Shown here: positions 9,263 to 19,137 of the stretch, one piece after another
How positions within the stretch are numbered: the stretch's first letter is position 1
How the letters are laid out: each line of letters opens with the position of its first letter
Origin: Ignavibacteriota bacterium
GTDB taxonomy: Bacteria > Bacteroidota > Ignavibacteria > UBA10030 > UBA6906
Direction of reading: 5' to 3'
Assembly: GCA_963801355.1 (NCBI GenBank)
Contig: CAWDEM010000004.1
Location: 1,440,001 to 1,504,000 of the forward strand
Length of the DNA stretch: 64,000 nucleotides
Notes under the pieces: model-generated
What the model was told of the DNA's origin: nothing
Databases searched by the model: none
Seen by the model: the letters and a program-made list of their open reading frames with translations, nothing else
Position numbers and translations under genes: made by a program

Positions 9263-10446
9263 GACGTCCTCCAGGATGAAGAGGCTGTACACGTGTGTAT
9301 GAGCGCCAATGCCTCCGTGAGTGTGGGCACGGGGCTGCAGAGTGACAGGCGGAGATAGCCGGCGCCGCGCTCCCCAAAAACCGATCCGGGAACGAGGAAG
9401 ACATGCGCCCGGTCGAGGACCTCATCCGCCAGGGTTTCTGCGTCTTCCGCAGAATCCACGATTTCACCCCACACAAACATTCCTGCCTGGGAGGGACTGA
9501 CTGTACAACCCAGGCGGTTAAGGATCCGTTCGCCCATCATCCGGCGTGCGCGGTACTCGGCCCGGAGACGGTCATACCAGGAACGATCGCTCTGAAGGGC
9601 CACCGTTGCCGCATGCTGGAGTGAAAGCGACATTCCTGATTCGACATTGCTGGCGACACGGCCGATCGCATCGATGTACGCATGATTGCCCGCAGCCCAT
9701 CCGATGCGCCAGCCTGAGAGGTTGTGCGATTTGCTCATGGAATGAAGTTCAATTGCGAGTTCGCGCGCCCCGGGGCATGCCAGAATGCTCAACAACTCGT
9801 CGCTGTCGCCGAGCTGCGGGTAAGGATTGTCGTGGCAAAGGAGAATCTGGTGCTCCCCGGCAAATCGCACGAGGTCGTTGAGTACTGATTTCCGGGCGGG
9901 AGCGCCTGTCGGCATATGGGGATAGTTCGCCCAGAGAAGCTTCACGCCATGCAAATCCATTTGTGCGAGGAAGGCCCAATCCGGGGCCCAATCATGTGCC
10001 GGATCGAGCGGATACGGCAGGACCCGTGCTCCTGTCATCCTTGCAACGCCCGCGTATGTGGGATATCCCGGGTCGGGAACGAGCACAGCATCGCCGGGAT
10101 TCACGAAGGCAAGAGTGACGTACAACATCCCCTGCTTTGAACCGGGGAGGGGAAGTATTTCCGTGGACGGGTCGAGATCGCACTTGAAGTGCTGGCGCAC
10201 ATAGCCGGCCATTGCAGTACGAAGTTCGGGAATTCCTCTATACGGCTGATAGCTGTAGTGACGTCCGTCTGCCGCCGATGCAACGAGGCAATCGATGGTC
10301 TCACGGGACGGCGGGAGATCGGGGCTCCCGATGCCAAGATTGATGACGCGTTGACCTGCCGATTCCATTTCCCGGATCTGCCGCAATTTGACGGCGAAGT
10401 AGTACTCGTCAACAGTGTGCAGACGGTCGGCGAGAGGTACAATCAT
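9259..10446 (-). CDS. PLP-dependent class I/II aminotransferase (aromatic amino acid pathway)
   Basis: INLGIGSPD, NYPHMPTG, HDNPY, SMSKSHNLSGWRIG (PLP Lys); operon context. Confidence 0.9.
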   Translation of the reverse strand: MIVPLADRLHTVDEYYFAVKLRQIREMESAGQRVINLGIGSPDLPPSRETIDCLVASAADGRHYSYQPYRGIPELRTAMAGYVRQHFKCDLDPSTEILPLPGSKQGMLYVTLAFVNPGDAVLVPDPGYPTYAGVARMTGARVLPYPLDPAHDWAPDWAFLAQMDLHGVKLLWANYPHMPTGAPARKSVLNDLVRFAGEHQILLCHDNPYPQLGDSDELLSILACPGARELAIELHSMSKSHNLSGWRIGWAAGNHAYIDAIGRVASNVESGMSLSLQHAATVALQSDRSWYDRLRAEYRARRMMGERILNRLGCTVSPSQAGMFVWGEIVDSAEDAETLADEVLDRAHVFLVPGSVFGERGAGYLRLSLCSPVPTLTEALALIHTCTASSSWRTS

Positions 10447-11288
10447 GCGTTCTTCTTTCCCCGCGGATATTCTCCGAGGATCTTCATTTCTTGAACGTGA
10501 GGTGCAATGGCCTCCAGGCCCGCCTGATAGTGCTCCGCTGACTCAAACTCCAGGTCGACATGCATATAGTACTCCCACTCACGCCCGAGGACCGGCAACG
10601 ACTGGATCTTGGTGAGGTTGCAGCCCTCATGCGCAAGGATAGTGAGGACGCGGGCAAGACTGCCGCGGGTGTGGGGCACGTGGAAGGCGAGTGTTGCTTT
10701 GTCAGGTGCCGGACGGGTTCCGTTGATCTCGGAGCGTTGATGCAGCACGAGGAAACGCGTGAAATTGCGCTTGTCGGTCTCGATGCCCGCGGCGAGCACC
10801 TGGAGTCCGAACAGCTGAGCCGCCCGTTTGCCGGCGATCGCCCCGAAGCCATGCTTCTTATGCCTGGCGATCCATAATGCGCTCGCTGCGGTGTCCGTCG
10901 TCTCGACAAGGCGTACTTGCGGATGTCTTTCAAAGTATGCCTGGCACTGCTGGATGGCCATGGGGTGTGAGTGTACTTCCCGTATGTTCTCGAGTTTTTG
11001 TCCAGGAAGGCAGAGCAGGTTCTGGTGGATCGGCAGATAGATTTCTCCGATGATGGCCATGTCGGAGGTCCGGAGGAGCGCATAGTTCGGCAGGATCGTT
11101 CCGGCGACGGTGTTTTCAATGGCCATGACTGCATACTTCACCTTCCGCTTTTTGAGCAGGATGAACATGTCACGGAAGGTTTCGCAGGGGACCGGCAGGT
11201 ACGCACCGGTGAAATACTGTGCCGCCGCTTCGTCGTGAAACGATCCGGCGATTCCCTGGATGGCGACGGTTTCTGATGGAGTGTCCAT
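10443..11288 (-). CDS. pheA: Prephenate dehydratase with ACT domain
   Basis: IQGIAGSFH, AIENTVAG, SHPMAIQQC, NFTRF, NLTKIQSLP; start ATG 11288 lies just after the attenuator. Confidence 0.93.
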   Translation of the reverse strand: MDTPSETVAIQGIAGSFHDEAAAQYFTGAYLPVPCETFRDMFILLKKRKVKYAVMAIENTVAGTILPNYALLRTSDMAIIGEIYLPIHQNLLCLPGQKLENIREVHSHPMAIQQCQAYFERHPQVRLVETTDTAASALWIARHKKHGFGAIAGKRAAQLFGLQVLAAGIETDKRNFTRFLVLHQRSEINGTRPAPDKATLAFHVPHTRGSLARVLTILAHEGCNLTKIQSLPVLGREWEYYMHVDLEFESAEHYQAGLEAIAPHVQEMKILGEYPRGKKNA

Positions 11289-11295
11289 AATAACG

Positions 11296-11318
11296 AAAAA
11301 ACCCGACTGAGAGTCGGG
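11296..11318 (-). terminator. Attenuator terminator hairpin upstream of pheA
   Basis: Minus strand reads CCCGACT-CTC-AGTCGGG-TTTTTT, ending 7 nt before the pheA ATG. Confidence 0.85.
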
Positions 11319-11349
11319 GTTCCTTGTTTCTGCGATGGTCAAGGGAGAG

Positions 11350-11421
11350 TCATTCCCGACACGAGGGCCTCATGGCGCGGTAAAAATAGAAAAAGTAGCC
11401 GGAGAATGACGTGGTTTTCAT
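11350..11421 (-). CDS. Phe/Tyr-rich leader peptide (pheL-like), 23 aa MKTTSFSGYFFYFYRAMRPSCRE
   Basis: Translated by hand. 7 of 9 consecutive codons are Phe or Tyr; it lies directly upstream of a terminator and the Phe/Tyr biosynthesis operon. Confidence 0.85.
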   Translation of the reverse strand: MKTTSFSGYFFYFYRAMRPSCRE

Positions 11422-11428
11422 ACCATGC

Positions 11429-11456
11429 AATCTATGAAAACTGCACAGAGATGCAA
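11429..11456 (-). promoter_or_regulatory. Putative sigma70 promoter of the leader/pheA operon
   Basis: Minus strand TTGCAT-N16-TAGATT, 7 nt upstream of the leader ATG. Confidence 0.45.
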
Positions 11457-11488
11457 GAAAAAAAGCCCTGTGATGTCGAGCTGTCTTT

Positions 11489-12403
11489 CTACGGCTGAAG
11501 TATCCCGTTTTCCTTCAAAAATACCCTGATCATGGCAAAAATGCGCACCATGTCATCCCGCGAAAAACCACCATGCTTGTCCCCCGGGATCGTTACAAGC
11601 TTGTTTGGCACGCCTGCCTTGTCAAGTGCGGAATGCAGCCGCACGGCGTGCGAGTACGGGACGAGATCGTCATTGTCGCCGTGGATCGTAAAGACCGGGG
11701 GCACGTCTTTCCGCACGTAGGTGAGGGGCGAAAGACGCGCGGCAAGCCGGTCGCGGTCAGGCTGACTTCCCAACCATGAGACGGCATAGTTCTGCCGGTT
11801 TGGACCGGCAAGCAGGTCTTTCACGTCAGTGATGCCGTACCAGTTGACGATTGCTGCAACCTTCAGCGGGACCAGGTTCTGATCCCACTCGCGCGTTGCA
11901 TCGAAACCTGCGGCCGAGTCGAGCATGCCGGTCATGAGCGCGAGATGCCCGCCGGCGGAGCTTCCTGTCACAATGATCCGGCTGGAATCGAAGTTGTACC
12001 TCCGTGCATTTTTCATCACCCACCGCAACGCCAGCCTGCAATCCTCCACCGCAGCGGGGGCGAGGGCGACCCGCGCGAGGCGGTAGTCCACGTTCACGAC
12101 GGAGAGGCCCATTTCCAGATAGGGGAGAAATGCCAGCAACGCCGTTTCCTTCGTGCCGATCACCCAACCGCCCCCGTGGATGAACACGACTGTGGGCACG
12201 GGTGCGTCTGTTCCTTTCCGTACGTACGCATCCAGCTTGCAGTCGAAGTTGTCGGCAGTCGCGTAGATGACATCCGGTACAATTGAGTAGTGCTGTGCGA
12301 GGTCAACAGACCAGCCGAACCCGTCCGCCGGCGCCGTTTGTCCCGGAACCGTCTGCGCGGCAAGAGCGATAGCGCAGAGCAGTGCAATCAGCGTGCGATG
12401 CAT
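11489..12403 (-). CDS. Secreted alpha/beta hydrolase (HSL-like/BD-FAE-type esterase)
   Basis: Signal peptide, HGGGW, DYRLA, GSSAGG nucleophile, HGDNDDLVP, catalytic His in HGGF; SD GGAGG before ATG 12403. Confidence 0.88.
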   Translation of the reverse strand: MHRTLIALLCAIALAAQTVPGQTAPADGFGWSVDLAQHYSIVPDVIYATADNFDCKLDAYVRKGTDAPVPTVVFIHGGGWVIGTKETALLAFLPYLEMGLSVVNVDYRLARVALAPAAVEDCRLALRWVMKNARRYNFDSSRIIVTGSSAGGHLALMTGMLDSAAGFDATREWDQNLVPLKVAAIVNWYGITDVKDLLAGPNRQNYAVSWLGSQPDRDRLAARLSPLTYVRKDVPPVFTIHGDNDDLVPYSHAVRLHSALDKAGVPNKLVTIPGDKHGGFSRDDMVRIFAMIRVFLKENGILQP

Positions 12404-12436
12404 GACAGACCTCCCTGGTTGAACCTGTGTGTTCAC

Positions 12437-12736
12437 TTAGACAATTCTCTCCAATGGCAGCTGGAAAAGACGGATCTTGTCATCCGCGCGAAGTATTCCT
12501 TTGTTCGTTTCGATGATCTCCGTCACGAGTTTCTCGAGCAGCTCTTCCTCGCGAAAGGCGATCATCAGCACGGAGTTATGTCCCGGGAAGCTTCGCGTGC
12601 CGAGGTGCGGTTCCGTTCCGTGCCCTTTCCCCTTCACCTCATCCCACTGTGTGTAGAAGTCGATACCAAGCGTATGAAGAACCGACATCAGTCGAGGGGT
12701 GTATACATCGTTGCATACCGTGAGTGCGATTTTCAT
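12437..12736 (-). CDS. PII-like transporter-associated protein (PG0541-like)
   Basis: 99 aa with YTQWDEVKGKGHGTEPHLGTRSFPG; coupled to the RND permease stop. Confidence 0.7.
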   Translation of the reverse strand: MKIALTVCNDVYTPRLMSVLHTLGIDFYTQWDEVKGKGHGTEPHLGTRSFPGHNSVLMIAFREEELLEKLVTEIIETNKGILRADDKIRLFQLPLERIV

Positions 12737-15700
12737 GAGTGAGATTTCCTTTTCATTCCGGGAATGACTCCGGCAAGTTTGCGGAACAATGCGCCGAAGG
12801 AGAAGTCATCGAGAATCGAATAGACCACCGGCACGACAAAGAGCGTGAGCAGTGTGGAGGTGATCAAGCCGCCGATGACTGCCTGTCCCATGGGTGACCT
12901 GAGCTCGCTTCCTTCGCCGAAGGCCAGGGCCACGGGCATCATCCCGAAGATCATGGCAAAGGTGGTCATGAGAATCGGGCGCAGCCGTGTGGCACCCGCC
13001 ATAATCAATGCCTCAGACCGTTCGTGCCCTCTGTCACGAAGCACGTTGGCAAAATCGACAAGCAGAATGCCGTTCTTGGTGACCAGGCCCATCAGCATAA
13101 TAATGCCGATCAGCGACATAACGGAGAGGGCGCTGTTGAACAGAATCAGGGCAACGATGGCGCCGATGAGTGACATAGGGAGGGCGAGCATGATCGCAAA
13201 GGGGTACCGGAAGCTTTCAAATTGCGAGGCCAGCACGATGTAGACGAACACGATCGCCAGTCCCAGAGAGAGAAGAATATTGCCAAACGATTCCGCCTGC
13301 ATTTCGCCCATACCGACGACGCTGACGGAATAGCCTGACGGGAGCCCGGCCTGTTTGATGCGCGCCTGGACATCGCCCAGCACCTCCCCGAGGAGTCGTC
13401 CGTTGAGATTCGCGTCGATGCGAATCTCGCGCTGGCGGTCGAAGCGGTTGATCTTGGAGGGTCCGGATGCCTGCTGGATATCCGCCACCGACCCGAGAGG
13501 TATCAGGAATTTCTGGCCGTTGCCGGCGTCCTTGGTGCTTTTGATGGTCATCGCCCGTACGTTTTCGAGCGACGACCTGTCGGTTTTATTCAGGCGGACC
13601 CGGACATCATACTGTTCTTCCCCCTCCTGGAATTTTGTTGCGACGTAGCCGTCGACCATGGCGCGGGCGCTCGTAGCGATCAGGCCGACATTGATCCCGA
13701 GGTCTGAAGCTTTTTCCCTGTCGATGTTCAGCCGCACTTCGGGTTTCGACGTCTCGAGGCTGTTCTCCACATCGGCGGCCCCGGGAGTCGTACGGAACAC
13801 ATACTCCACCTGGCCGGCAATGTCCCGCAACGTTGCGAGATTTTCTCCCCGGACACTCATGATTGCCGCCTTCTGGTTTCCCCCCATGCCGCCCGAGACC
13901 TGAAAACCGAAATTCGCGCCGGCAGTACGGCTGATTTCACGTCGCGCCTCATCCATGATTTGCTCGACGCCTTTACGGCGTTCCGCTTTCTTGACCAGTT
14001 TGACGAGAATCGTCCCCTTGGTCACGGGATCGTTGCCTGCACCGATCGTTGTGAGTGTGGTGGTCACTTCCGGAAAGGTCCGGAGGACTTTCTCTGCCGA
14101 CAAGCAGAGGTTGCTGGTTTGTGCGAGCGAGCTGCCCGGCGCCGCGGTGACAACGACATTGAATTCGCTCTGATCCATGGCGGGGAAGAATGAGGTGCCG
14201 AGGAAGCGGATCAGGAAAAAGCTGAAGAGAAAGATGCCGATGGATCCCAGGACAACAGCAGCACGGTGGCCGAGCGACCAACGAATGGCGTCCCGGTATT
14301 TCTGACTCAGGACGGTGAACGCATGGTTGAACCAGTAGAGCCCGCGCCGGATGATGTTTCCTTCATTGGTGAGCTCTTCATCCTTCTCAGTCAGCCACCG
14401 GGAGGAGAGCATCGGGGTGAGCGTGAACGCCACGAACAGCGAGACGAGCACCGACACCGAAACGGTGATGCCGAATTCATAGAAGAACCGCCCTACAATA
14501 CCCGGCATAAATGCCACAGGAATGAATACTGCCACGATGGTGAAGGTCGTCGCCATGACTGCGAGGCCGATTTCGCTTGTTGCCGCCTTCGCCGCCTCCA
14601 TCGGTGTCTCACCGTCCTGCATATGGCGATAGATATTCTCGATCACCACGATGGCATCGTCGATCAGGAGACCCACGGCCAGGGAGAGCGCCAGCAGCGT
14701 CATGGTGTTGAGCGTGAAGTTGAGTGCGAACATGATGATGAAGCTGGCGATAATGGATGTCGGTAATGCGATTGCACTGATGAGGGTTGAGCGTATGTTG
14801 GCAAGGAAAAGGTACACGACGATGACGGCGAACAGACCGCCGTACAGGATGTCGAAGATGACGTCGTTCACCGACTCGCGAATGAATGTGCTGTTGTCGC
14901 GCGCGATCGTCAGATGCATATCGGGCGGAAGTTCCGACCGGATCTTTGCGATTTGTTTCTGGATGGCGTCGGCGACGCGCACCGTGTTGCTGCCGGATTG
15001 CCGCAGTATGCTGAGGCCGACGGCCGGCATGCCGTTCACCCGTGAGAGGCTCTTCTGTTCCTCGATGCCGTCCTCAACCGTGGCGACCTCGGAGAGGTGG
15101 ACGACCTTTCCGCCGGGTGTCGCGACGACCACCTTGGCGAAATCCCCGACACTGGTATATTTCCCCATTGTGCGGAGGAGGATCTGCCGGCTGCCCTGTT
15201 CGAGATTTCCTGCGGGGATCTCGACATTCGCCGCCGCAACGCTCTGGATGACGTCCTGGATGGAGAGATTGTACGCCTGAAGCCGTGCGGCATCAACGGT
15301 GACATGTATCTCCCGCTCCGCGCCGCCGATCAAGTCCACCCGCCCGACCCCCGAGACGGTTTCGAGACGTTTCTTGATGACGTTTTTTGTGAAGGTCGTG
15401 ATGTCTTTCGGCGATTGTTCGCCGGACACGGTCAACGTGAAAATCGGCGTGCTGGCGGGGTCGAGACGTTGGATGACCGGATCCTCGATGTCCGCCGGAA
15501 GGTCGCTCCGTATGGCGGCGATTTTCTCGCGCACATCCTGGGCGGCTTGCTGTCCCTTCACCTCCAATTTGAACTGGATGATGACGATGGACACGCCTTC
15601 CTGGGATATGGATTGGATGTGATCGACACCCGCGATGGTGTTGACGGCGTCTTCGATCTTCTTGGTCACGTCGGTTTCGATCTGTTCGGGCCCGGCCCCG

Positions 15701-15855
15701 GGGAGCACCGTTGTCGCGGTGACATACGGGAAGTCGACGTCAGGAAATTGGTCGATATTCAACTTCATGTATGAGAACAGCCCCAGCACAATGAGAGCGA
15801 GAATCATCATCGTCGCAAACACCGGGCGATCTATGGAGACATCAGCAAGCTTCAT
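12733..15855 (-). CDS. RND efflux permease (AcrB/AcrD/AcrF family)
   Basis: SIDRPVFA, GLLIDDAIVVIENI, GLVTKNGILLVDFAN, RLRPILMTT. Confidence 0.96.
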   Translation of the reverse strand: MKLADVSIDRPVFATMMILALIVLGLFSYMKLNIDQFPDVDFPYVTATTVLPGAGPEQIETDVTKKIEDAVNTIAGVDHIQSISQEGVSIVIIQFKLEVKGQQAAQDVREKIAAIRSDLPADIEDPVIQRLDPASTPIFTLTVSGEQSPKDITTFTKNVIKKRLETVSGVGRVDLIGGAEREIHVTVDAARLQAYNLSIQDVIQSVAAANVEIPAGNLEQGSRQILLRTMGKYTSVGDFAKVVVATPGGKVVHLSEVATVEDGIEEQKSLSRVNGMPAVGLSILRQSGSNTVRVADAIQKQIAKIRSELPPDMHLTIARDNSTFIRESVNDVIFDILYGGLFAVIVVYLFLANIRSTLISAIALPTSIIASFIIMFALNFTLNTMTLLALSLAVGLLIDDAIVVIENIYRHMQDGETPMEAAKAATSEIGLAVMATTFTIVAVFIPVAFMPGIVGRFFYEFGITVSVSVLVSLFVAFTLTPMLSSRWLTEKDEELTNEGNIIRRGLYWFNHAFTVLSQKYRDAIRWSLGHRAAVVLGSIGIFLFSFFLIRFLGTSFFPAMDQSEFNVVVTAAPGSSLAQTSNLCLSAEKVLRTFPEVTTTLTTIGAGNDPVTKGTILVKLVKKAERRKGVEQIMDEARREISRTAGANFGFQVSGGMGGNQKAAIMSVRGENLATLRDIAGQVEYVFRTTPGAADVENSLETSKPEVRLNIDREKASDLGINVGLIATSARAMVDGYVATKFQEGEEQYDVRVRLNKTDRSSLENVRAMTIKSTKDAGNGQKFLIPLGSVADIQQASGPSKINRFDRQREIRIDANLNGRLLGEVLGDVQARIKQAGLPSGYSVSVVGMGEMQAESFGNILLSLGLAIVFVYIVLASQFESFRYPFAIMLALPMSLIGAIVALILFNSALSVMSLIGIIMLMGLVTKNGILLVDFANVLRDRGHERSEALIMAGATRLRPILMTTFAMIFGMMPVALAFGEGSELRSPMGQAVIGGLITSTLLTLFVVPVVYSILDDFSFGALFRKLAGVIPGMKRKSHS

Positions 15856-15887
15856 GGTCTTCTGCCTTGTTGTCTAGTGGGATCTCT

Positions 15888-16964
15888 TCAGCGCGAACCG
15901 GCCTGCTGCGCGACGGTCACATAACTGCTGTCGCGAACGTTGTTGATGCCAACCGTTGCCACACTGTCGGTGGGGAGGATGCCCTTGAGAATGGCGGTCC
16001 GTTCCCCGTCGCTCATGCCGACCTCCACGACCCGCTGATGTGCCTGACCATTCTTCACGACAAAGACCTTGCTTATGACGCCATCTGTCTGTATGGCTGT
16101 GTTGGGCACCGAGAGGATACCGGCTCCGGAGCTTACCTGCAGCCGTGCCCTGGCAAACATGCCGGGGCGGAACCAGCGATCCGGCGTGTTCGCAAACATT
16201 GCCTTCACTTCGAACGAACGGGAGCGAACATCGGCCGAGCGGGAAATCTGCACGATGCTGCCCTGCACCGTGAGATCCGGCCGGGCTTCCGAAGTGATGC
16301 CGACCTTCTGCCCGACGGCCAGAGCAGTGACATCGGTTTCGTTGAGATTAAAGATGGCCTTCATCCGGTCAATCCGTGCCACAGTGGCGAGCGTTGCTCC
16401 GGGCGACGTGAGGTCTCCGATATTTGCGTTCACGGCAGTGACCACGCCGGCGATCGGTGTCGTAAGCTCAACCATGCTGCGGGCAGCAACGTAATTCGCG
16501 CGCGCAACGTCGTATGCGGTCTGCGCAGCGTCAAGGGTCTGCAGCGAGACCGCGCCTTCGGCATAGAGGGATTTCATCCGCCCAAGGGACTTCTCGGCAT
16601 TCCGGTAACCTGCCTCGGCCTGGTAGAACTGTGACGAGGCTCCGGCCTTGTCCAGTGTCAAAACCAACCTCCCGGCGGGAACGGCCATCCCCACCCTGAC
16701 ATGAACTCCGGCAATGCGTTCGGAGATCTTGGGAACGATGTTGGCCTGCTCCTGTCCCTCGAGCGTTGCAGAGTAGACTCGTGCGACGGAGATGGCTCCT
16801 TTCTGTACCGTGGCAACCTCGACAGGCACCCTGATTATTGCCCCTTCGGCTTCACCCGGGACGGAGTCGGACTTGTGGGTTCCGCAACCGGCGAGCAGAG
16901 CCAGGGTCACGAGGCCAAGAACGCACGCGCTCCGGGCCAGGATGTTCTGCAAAGTAGTCTTCAC
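15888..16964 (-). CDS. RND periplasmic adaptor (membrane fusion lipoprotein)
   Basis: Lipobox LLAGC, TPIAGVV, RPGMFARA, VPNTAI; position in the operon. Confidence 0.92.
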   Translation of the reverse strand: MKTTLQNILARSACVLGLVTLALLAGCGTHKSDSVPGEAEGAIIRVPVEVATVQKGAISVARVYSATLEGQEQANIVPKISERIAGVHVRVGMAVPAGRLVLTLDKAGASSQFYQAEAGYRNAEKSLGRMKSLYAEGAVSLQTLDAAQTAYDVARANYVAARSMVELTTPIAGVVTAVNANIGDLTSPGATLATVARIDRMKAIFNLNETDVTALAVGQKVGITSEARPDLTVQGSIVQISRSADVRSRSFEVKAMFANTPDRWFRPGMFARARLQVSSGAGILSVPNTAIQTDGVISKVFVVKNGQAHQRVVEVGMSDGERTAILKGILPTDSVATVGINNVRDSSYVTVAQQAGSR

Positions 16965-17052
16965 TGGTGTGTGTCTCCTGATTATTCTCTATGTCTCTCT
17001 GGTTTCATGTCTACAAGCCGTCGTGCGCGACACGCTCTCTTTCGGCGATCCA

Positions 17053-18423
17053 TCAGCGCGGCCGGCCAACTGCGTTCTCCCATTCAGCCCGTGCGACGAG
17101 ATAGTCATAGATCGCCTGGGCGTAGTTTGTTTGCGTGCGTGTCATGGCAACCTGTGTGTCCATCAGCTCCAGCTGAGTTCCCACACCGCTCTTGAACCGT
17201 GTTTGTGCAATCTGAACGGCCTTCTGAGCCTGGCCGAGAGACTTCTCCTGTCCCTCGATACGTTTCTTTGCTTCCGCCATGCGCAATTCAAAGGACTGGA
17301 TCCGGAGCCGCAGGCCTTCTTCCGCCTTCTGCCGGGTCGTCACGATCTTCTGGTGGTCAATGATGGCTTCCTCGGTTCGCGCGCTCGCCCTGAATCCATC
17401 AAAAAGCGGGAATGAGAGCTTGAGGCCTACGTTGAATGAGTTGGCCCAGAGGTAGTCCTTGAACATGAACGTGTTGTCCTGGGATTGCCATTGATACGAA
17501 CCGGACAAATCCAGCGTGGGGTAGTGGGCAGCCCGTTCGATACTGATGTTCTTTTCAAGCAGGGATTCCTGAAGAGCAAGCTGGGCGATTGCAGAGTTGG
17601 TGGCGATGGCCTCACTCCGGCGCAGCTCAAGGACATCCTGCTGAACATCCTGATAGGTAAGATCTCCCTGCACATCGATGTCCTGGTCGAGCGGGAGAGC
17701 CAAAACGTTCTTCAGGCTGTTTTTGGCCAGCTCAAGTGAATTCTCCGCCGCGATATAGAGGGGTTCGGTGTTGGCGACCTGGACCTCGGCCCGCAGGAGG
17801 TCAAATTCAGCCGCCGTACCATTCTTGTACTGAGCGCGTACATTTTCATGGTTCGCGCGCACAACATCGAGTCCTTCGCGATTCGCACGCACTAGCTCAC
17901 GCATGAAGAGGGCGCCGTAAAATGCTTTTTTGGTCTGCAGCGCGACATCTTCCTGTGTCGTTTGGTAGGCACGTTCGACGTAGTCGGAGTACGTCGTGGC
18001 GATATCCATGGCGACGCCCACGCGCCAATTCAAGAGTGGCTGAGTGAGCGTGGCTCCCGCCTGGTAGGCGTTTGCCGATCCAAATTCAATCGTCATCGTT
18101 TTGGAAGTCGGATTGATAAGGCTGTTGGGGGGGACAAACATCACCGCGTTCTTGATATTCCGGGTGTACAGTGCGGAGACATTCAGCTGGGGGAAAGCCC
18201 CGGCGCGTGCCTCGGTAATCTGAGCTTCGGCCTTGAGACGATCCTGAGCCGCAACCTGAATGTCGCGATTCTGTTTGGCCGCGATTTCCAAAGCCTTGTC
18301 GAGCGTGATAACCATCGGCGTTCCGGCATTCTGCGGGTACACCGGAACGGCGGTCATGATCAAGAGTACAAGGACGGCACCTCCAACGGCAAAGCCGAAC
18401 AGGGCCGGACGGTGAGCATTCAT
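17053..18423 (-). CDS. TolC-family outer membrane efflux protein
   Basis: Signal peptide, LDKALEIA, AFPQLN, YKNG..AEFDLLRAEV, PLFDGF, RFKSGVGTQLELMD. Confidence 0.93.
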   Translation of the reverse strand: MNAHRPALFGFAVGGAVLVLLIMTAVPVYPQNAGTPMVITLDKALEIAAKQNRDIQVAAQDRLKAEAQITEARAGAFPQLNVSALYTRNIKNAVMFVPPNSLINPTSKTMTIEFGSANAYQAGATLTQPLLNWRVGVAMDIATTYSDYVERAYQTTQEDVALQTKKAFYGALFMRELVRANREGLDVVRANHENVRAQYKNGTAAEFDLLRAEVQVANTEPLYIAAENSLELAKNSLKNVLALPLDQDIDVQGDLTYQDVQQDVLELRRSEAIATNSAIAQLALQESLLEKNISIERAAHYPTLDLSGSYQWQSQDNTFMFKDYLWANSFNVGLKLSFPLFDGFRASARTEEAIIDHQKIVTTRQKAEEGLRLRIQSFELRMAEAKKRIEGQEKSLGQAQKAVQIAQTRFKSGVGTQLELMDTQVAMTRTQTNYAQAIYDYLVARAEWENAVGRPR

Positions 18424-18427
18424 GGGA

Positions 18428-19081
18428 CTATCCTCTGCTTTTTCTTTCTACGATACCATCCAGAAACACCGACGTAATAAGCTCAGCGGGCGCAGCGAAA
18501 TCGTCATCGGCGCGCGCACGATCAACCGTGAAGCGCTGAAAACAATATCCTCTCACCATGCCGTCAAAAAGGACAATGAGTTGCGTCGGATCGCTCTGGC
18601 GCAACGTGCCGGCGTCTATACTCTCTTTCAAAGATTCAGCCAGCACCTGCCACGAGCCGTGTGCGCGGTTCATCATTTCTCGCATCTTGGTGACGCTCGT
18701 GGGGCCATCGCTCCGGTGCAACTCATGATAGATGATGTGGAGCAACTCCCCGTTGGCCCTTACATAGGCGATCATTTTCCCGGCATAGCTGCGAAGCTTC
18801 TCCCTGATATCCCCCGGCGCGGACGCGGACTCTCGCGCGATAGCCAGAGTCTCTTCAACTGCTTGTTCGATTATGCCAAGAAAGATCTCGTCTTTGTTCG
18901 CGAAGTAGTTGTAGAGTGTGCCCTTGCCAAACTCCGCGTGGCGTGCGATTTCATCGAGGGTGGTCTCATGAAACCCCCTGGAAATAAAGAGTTCGCGCGC
19001 AGCCTTCAGGATTTCCTGTTGCCGGGTGCGCTTCTCCCGCTCTTTCCGGGATAGGGCTTCCTGTGTAGTGAGTTCGCTCAT
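18428..19081 (-). CDS. TetR/AcrR family transcriptional regulator
   Basis: ILKAARELFISRGFHETTLDEIARHAEFGKGTLYNYFANKDEI helix-turn-helix. Confidence 0.96.
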   Translation of the reverse strand: MSELTTQEALSRKEREKRTRQQEILKAARELFISRGFHETTLDEIARHAEFGKGTLYNYFANKDEIFLGIIEQAVEETLAIARESASAPGDIREKLRSYAGKMIAYVRANGELLHIIYHELHRSDGPTSVTKMREMMNRAHGSWQVLAESLKESIDAGTLRQSDPTQLIVLFDGMVRGYCFQRFTVDRARADDDFAAPAELITSVFLDGIVERKSRG

Positions 19082-19102
19082 TCGTCCACCCAGTCCTAAA
19101 AT

Positions 19103-19136
19103 TGACTGTCGAGTAATCGTTATGACTAATGGGTCA
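19103..19136. promoter_or_regulatory. Tandem palindromic operators (TGAC-N6-GTCA), likely TetR autoregulation
   Basis: TGAC-TAATGG-GTCA at 19123-19136 and the imperfect TGAC-TGTCGA-GTAA at 19103-19116 lie 20 bp apart, over and just downstream of the predicted transcription start. Confidence 0.6.
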
Positions 19137-19137
19137 C

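Noticed and set aside
11289-11342. N-terminal extension of PheA (MTIAETRNPDSQSGFFVI)
   Set aside because: It runs through the attenuator hairpin and T-tract; homology-like sequence begins after ATG 11288.
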